The translations under genes were made by a program, and so were the position numbers. Positions 61,232 to 64,000 of a DNA stretch of 64,000 bases are shown piece after piece. Each line of letters starts with the position of its first letter. The stretch's first letter is position 1. The stretch comes from a virus. The DNA is taken from positions 27,680 through 91,679 of the IMG/VR virus record IMGVR_UViG_3300009068_000028; one strand, 5' to 3'. The notes under the pieces were generated by a model. The model was not told where the DNA came from, made no database searches, and was given only the letters and a program-made list of their open reading frames with translations.

Positions 61232-64000
61232 TTGGCTACTAATAATAAAGACTTCAGGATCAAAAATGGTCTGATAGTTGATGGTGCTAATGCTACGGTA
61301 AATGGTAGTAGCGTTCTTACTACCGCTTCTTCTATAGACGCACTTGGTGATGTTACAATTTCTTCTCCCACTTCTGGACAAGCTCTTAAGTGGAATGGAA
61401 CTGCTTGGGTTAACGAAGCAAACTTCACAGGCTATGACTATGAAATTCACGTTAGTCAAGTAGATGGAAATGATACTACTGGTAATGGTGATTTGCTTAC
61501 TCCAGTTGCTTCTATTACTAAGGCATTGACTTTAGTAGATTCACAGCGTAAAACCATTATTGTTCACCCAGGAACGTACACTGAAAGCCCATCAATAACT
61601 GTCCAATACACGACCATAACTGGTCCAGGGCTTATTGGTGGAAACATCGTAATCTCTGGAACTGTAAGCACAAGTGTTGGCTGTACTATTTCAGGGCTAA
61701 AGATGACAAACCTTACTATCACTACGCCCACTGGTACAGGGAATGTAAACATCTTGAACTGTGAAGTTTCTGGAACTCTCACAAAGAGCAGTAATGCTGA
61801 CTACACCGTTCTTCGTTTGTGTGATTTTAATGCCGCAAGTATTACTGGGGCTGGACTAGTAGCCATCTTTGGTGGCAACCCGAACTTCATAACGGTCAAC
61901 AACGCTAGTGCGAATGTAATTGTAAAAAGTGCCGTCACCGTTGCTCCTGTTCTAACTGCTGGAACACTGAGCCTTGTAGATTCTGTGGTTGGTGCTGCTG
62001 TGACCAATGCCGTGACATCTGCTGCTTCAAGCGTCATTACCTTAGCAAACTGCCAATTACTGACCTCAGCACTAAACAATGTCGCACCAGTTGTTTTAAA
62101 CGGCTTCTACTCAATCCTGAACTGTGTATATGATAAGCCAAATTCAACCTTAGTTGCTTCGTCTGGTACTGGTGGCACAACAAACGCCATTGATTACTTC
62201 CAATACATCAACGCAGATAATGTTAATGCTGCTACAGTAAATGCAACCACTCTAATTGGAAACACAAACGCTTCAACAATTACTACTGGAACTATTTCAA
62301 ATGCACGTACATCGGCAAACTCTGCTAATGGTGCATCAACAATTGTTGCTCGTGATGCAAACGGTAGTTTTGCTGCAAACGTGATTAATGCAACAACTTT
62401 TAGCGGTAGCGGTGCAAGTCTTACATCAATTCCAAACTCTTCATTAGTAAACAACTCTATTACTATTAATGGAAATGCTGTTGCCCTTGGTGGTAACATT
62501 ACTATTGCTGGTAGTAGTGGGAATTCATTCGAGACTATTTCTGCAAACGGTACTTCAGTAGTTGCTGATTCTTCTACAGATACCCTCACAATTACTCCTG
62601 GAGATGGTATTTCTATTACTGGAAATGCTACCTCAGATACTATTACTTTTACCCCCAATGTTGCTGGTGCATCTGCCAACGGTATTGTAACAACAGGCAC
62701 ACAAACATTTGCAGGAGAAAAAACATTTACTGGCAATGTTGCTGGTACTAATATAAGCGTAACTGGTAATGTTAATGCAGCAACAGTTAATGCAACTACA
62801 TTTACTGGTACTGCTTCTTTTGCAACTACTGCCAATGCTGTGGCAGTTGGAAATGTAACTGGTCTTGGAACAAATGTTTCTACATTTCTTGCTACCCCCA
62901 ACTCTTTAAATTTATTAAATACTGTACCTGATGAAACAGGATCAGGATCTTTAGTTTTTGCAACAAGTCCAGCTTTAACTACCCCAAATATTGGATCAGC
63001 AATTGGAACATCGGTAAATGTTACTGGTCAATTAATTTCAACGGTAGCAACAGGAACAGCCCCACTAGCAGTAACATCTACAACAATGGTTACAAACCTT
63101 ACTGCACAAGTTGCTACACAAGTAAATACAATTTCACAAGGAGCAACAAACGCAAACAGATACCTAACATTTGTTGATTCAAATAATGGAACATCTGGGG
63201 CAGAGATAATATATACACACGGCAGTTTATATTATAATGCATCAGATTCTTCACTTAGTGCTAATTATTTTATTGGTACTGGTGCAAATGTTACAAATGT
63301 TAATGCTACTACAGTAAATGCCACCACCCTGATTGGAAATACAAATGCTTCTACAATAACAACTGGAACAATTGATAATGCACGTACAAGTGCAAATACG
63401 GCTAACGGTGCTTCAACTATCGTTGCTCGTGATGCAAACGGTAGTTTTACTGCAAACGTAGTTACTGCTACAACTTTTAATACTCCTTTTACTCGCACCA
63501 ACCTTGTCACTAACCCAAACCTTGAGCTCAATGCTTCTAACTGGACCGCGACCAATGGCGGTGGCAGAGTTACAACAAGCCCTTATATCGGCACATACTG
63601 TTTTCAAGGTGACAGCGACGGTGAAACTGGAGATTCGCTTATAATTTATAGCCAGTCGTCTACTCTAGCAATTGGCACTAGCTATCGTGTTGGGGTTTGG
63701 GTAAGAGCCAGCACTAACTTGAGTGCAGATGCAGGTCAGCTTATTGGCAACTTCGGCTCGGCTACGGTAACTAAATACTTTACACCAACCACATCCTGGC
63801 AATTTGTTGAACTACCTGCAATTGTTGCAAGTCAAACTGCCTTAAGTGTCAGTATATATATACCTTCTTCTGGTCAAACACTTTTTGCCGACTCGCTTGT
63901 TGCCGAACTGACATCAACCTACACAGGAACATTCTTTGACGGCAACACGCCAGACGCTGGAGGGATTGATTACGGATGGACTGGAACAGCAAACGCTTCA
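61232..64000 (+). CDS. Long tail fibre protein, 3'-truncated (absent from the ORF track)
   Basis: TTG start giving 'MATNNKDFRIKNGL', paralogous to the 59772 N-terminus; appears open to the window end; fibre repeats and a CBM-like domain. Confidence 0.75.
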   Translation, partial: MATNNKDFRIKNGLIVDGANATVNGSSVLTTASSIDALGDVTISSPTSGQALKWNGTAWVNEANFTGYDYEIHVSQVDGNDTTGNGDLLTPVASITKALTLVDSQRKTIIVHPGTYTESPSITVQYTTITGPGLIGGNIVISGTVSTSVGCTISGLKMTNLTITTPTGTGNVNILNCEVSGTLTKSSNADYTVLRLCDFNAASITGAGLVAIFGGNPNFITVNNASANVIVKSAVTVAPVLTAGTLSLVDSVVGAAVTNAVTSAASSVITLANCQLLTSALNNVAPVVLNGFYSILNCVYDKPNSTLVASSGTGGTTNAIDYFQYINADNVNAATVNATTLIGNTNASTITTGTISNARTSANSANGASTIVARDANGSFAANVINATTFSGSGASLTSIPNSSLVNNSITINGNAVALGGNITIAGSSGNSFETISANGTSVVADSSTDTLTITPGDGISITGNATSDTITFTPNVAGASANGIVTTGTQTFAGEKTFTGNVAGTNISVTGNVNAATVNATTFTGTASFATTANAVAVGNVTGLGTNVSTFLATPNSLNLLNTVPDETGSGSLVFATSPALTTPNIGSAIGTSVNVTGQLISTVATGTAPLAVTSTTMVTNLTAQVATQVNTISQGATNANRYLTFVDSNNGTSGAEIIYTHGSLYYNASDSSLSANYFIGTGANVTNVNATTVNATTLIGNTNASTITTGTIDNARTSANTANGASTIVARDANGSFTANVVTATTFNTPFTRTNLVTNPNLELNASNWTATNGGGRVTTSPYIGTYCFQGDSDGETGDSLIIYSQSSTLAIGTSYRVGVWVRASTNLSADAGQLIGNFGSATVTKYFTPTTSWQFVELPAIVASQTALSVSIYIPSSGQTLFADSLVAELTSTYTGTFFDGNTPDAGGIDYGWTGTANAS

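Noticed and set aside
59663-63607. Long minus-strand ORFs over the tail fibre genes
   Set aside because: Antisense shadows of Thr/Gly/Asn-rich plus-strand genes
57988-63954. Diversity-generating retroelement TR/VR pair
   Set aside because: Differences are not adenine-specific, both copies are coding, and no reverse transcriptase is present in the window

Overview
About 64 kb of a large, AT-rich tailed-phage genome, most likely infecting Actinobacteria (WhiB, class Ib nrdH/nrdI/nrdE/nrdF, actinobacterial-type DnaE, many apparently leaderless genes). Layout: end of a tail/baseplate block (1-2.7 kb); replication/recombination block with helicase, primase, SSB, DnaE, RecA, Cas4-like nuclease, RuvC, terminase and RNR (2.7-20.6 kb); accessory block with 4 tRNAs, lysis genes, WhiB, dCMP deaminase, several glycosyltransferases and a Stealth-like protein (20.7-39.3 kb); a reverse-strand array of small, probably early genes plus tRNA-Asp (40-53.3 kb); and tail/fibre genes running off the end (55-64 kb). 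The most striking signal is non-coding and confined to about 39.3-54.7 kb: 14 perfect DnaA boxes, four tandem pairs of NrdR-box-like sites at the canonical 31-32 bp spacing but far from the nrd genes, 14 copies of GCTCGGG, about 24 copies of a non-canonical promoter, and a bipartite GGG-N15/16-CGTAA motif, arranged as repeating gene cassettes. My inference is that this region is a modular host-takeover array that doubles as a DNA decoy or sensor for host replication and dNTP regulators. Two covarying RNA-like motifs (a 3'-UTR pseudoknot x5, an internal-loop hairpin at 3 loci), two orphan sRNA candidates and a tRNA-Ile(UAU) were also seen. All counts and assignments were made by eye, without database searches.
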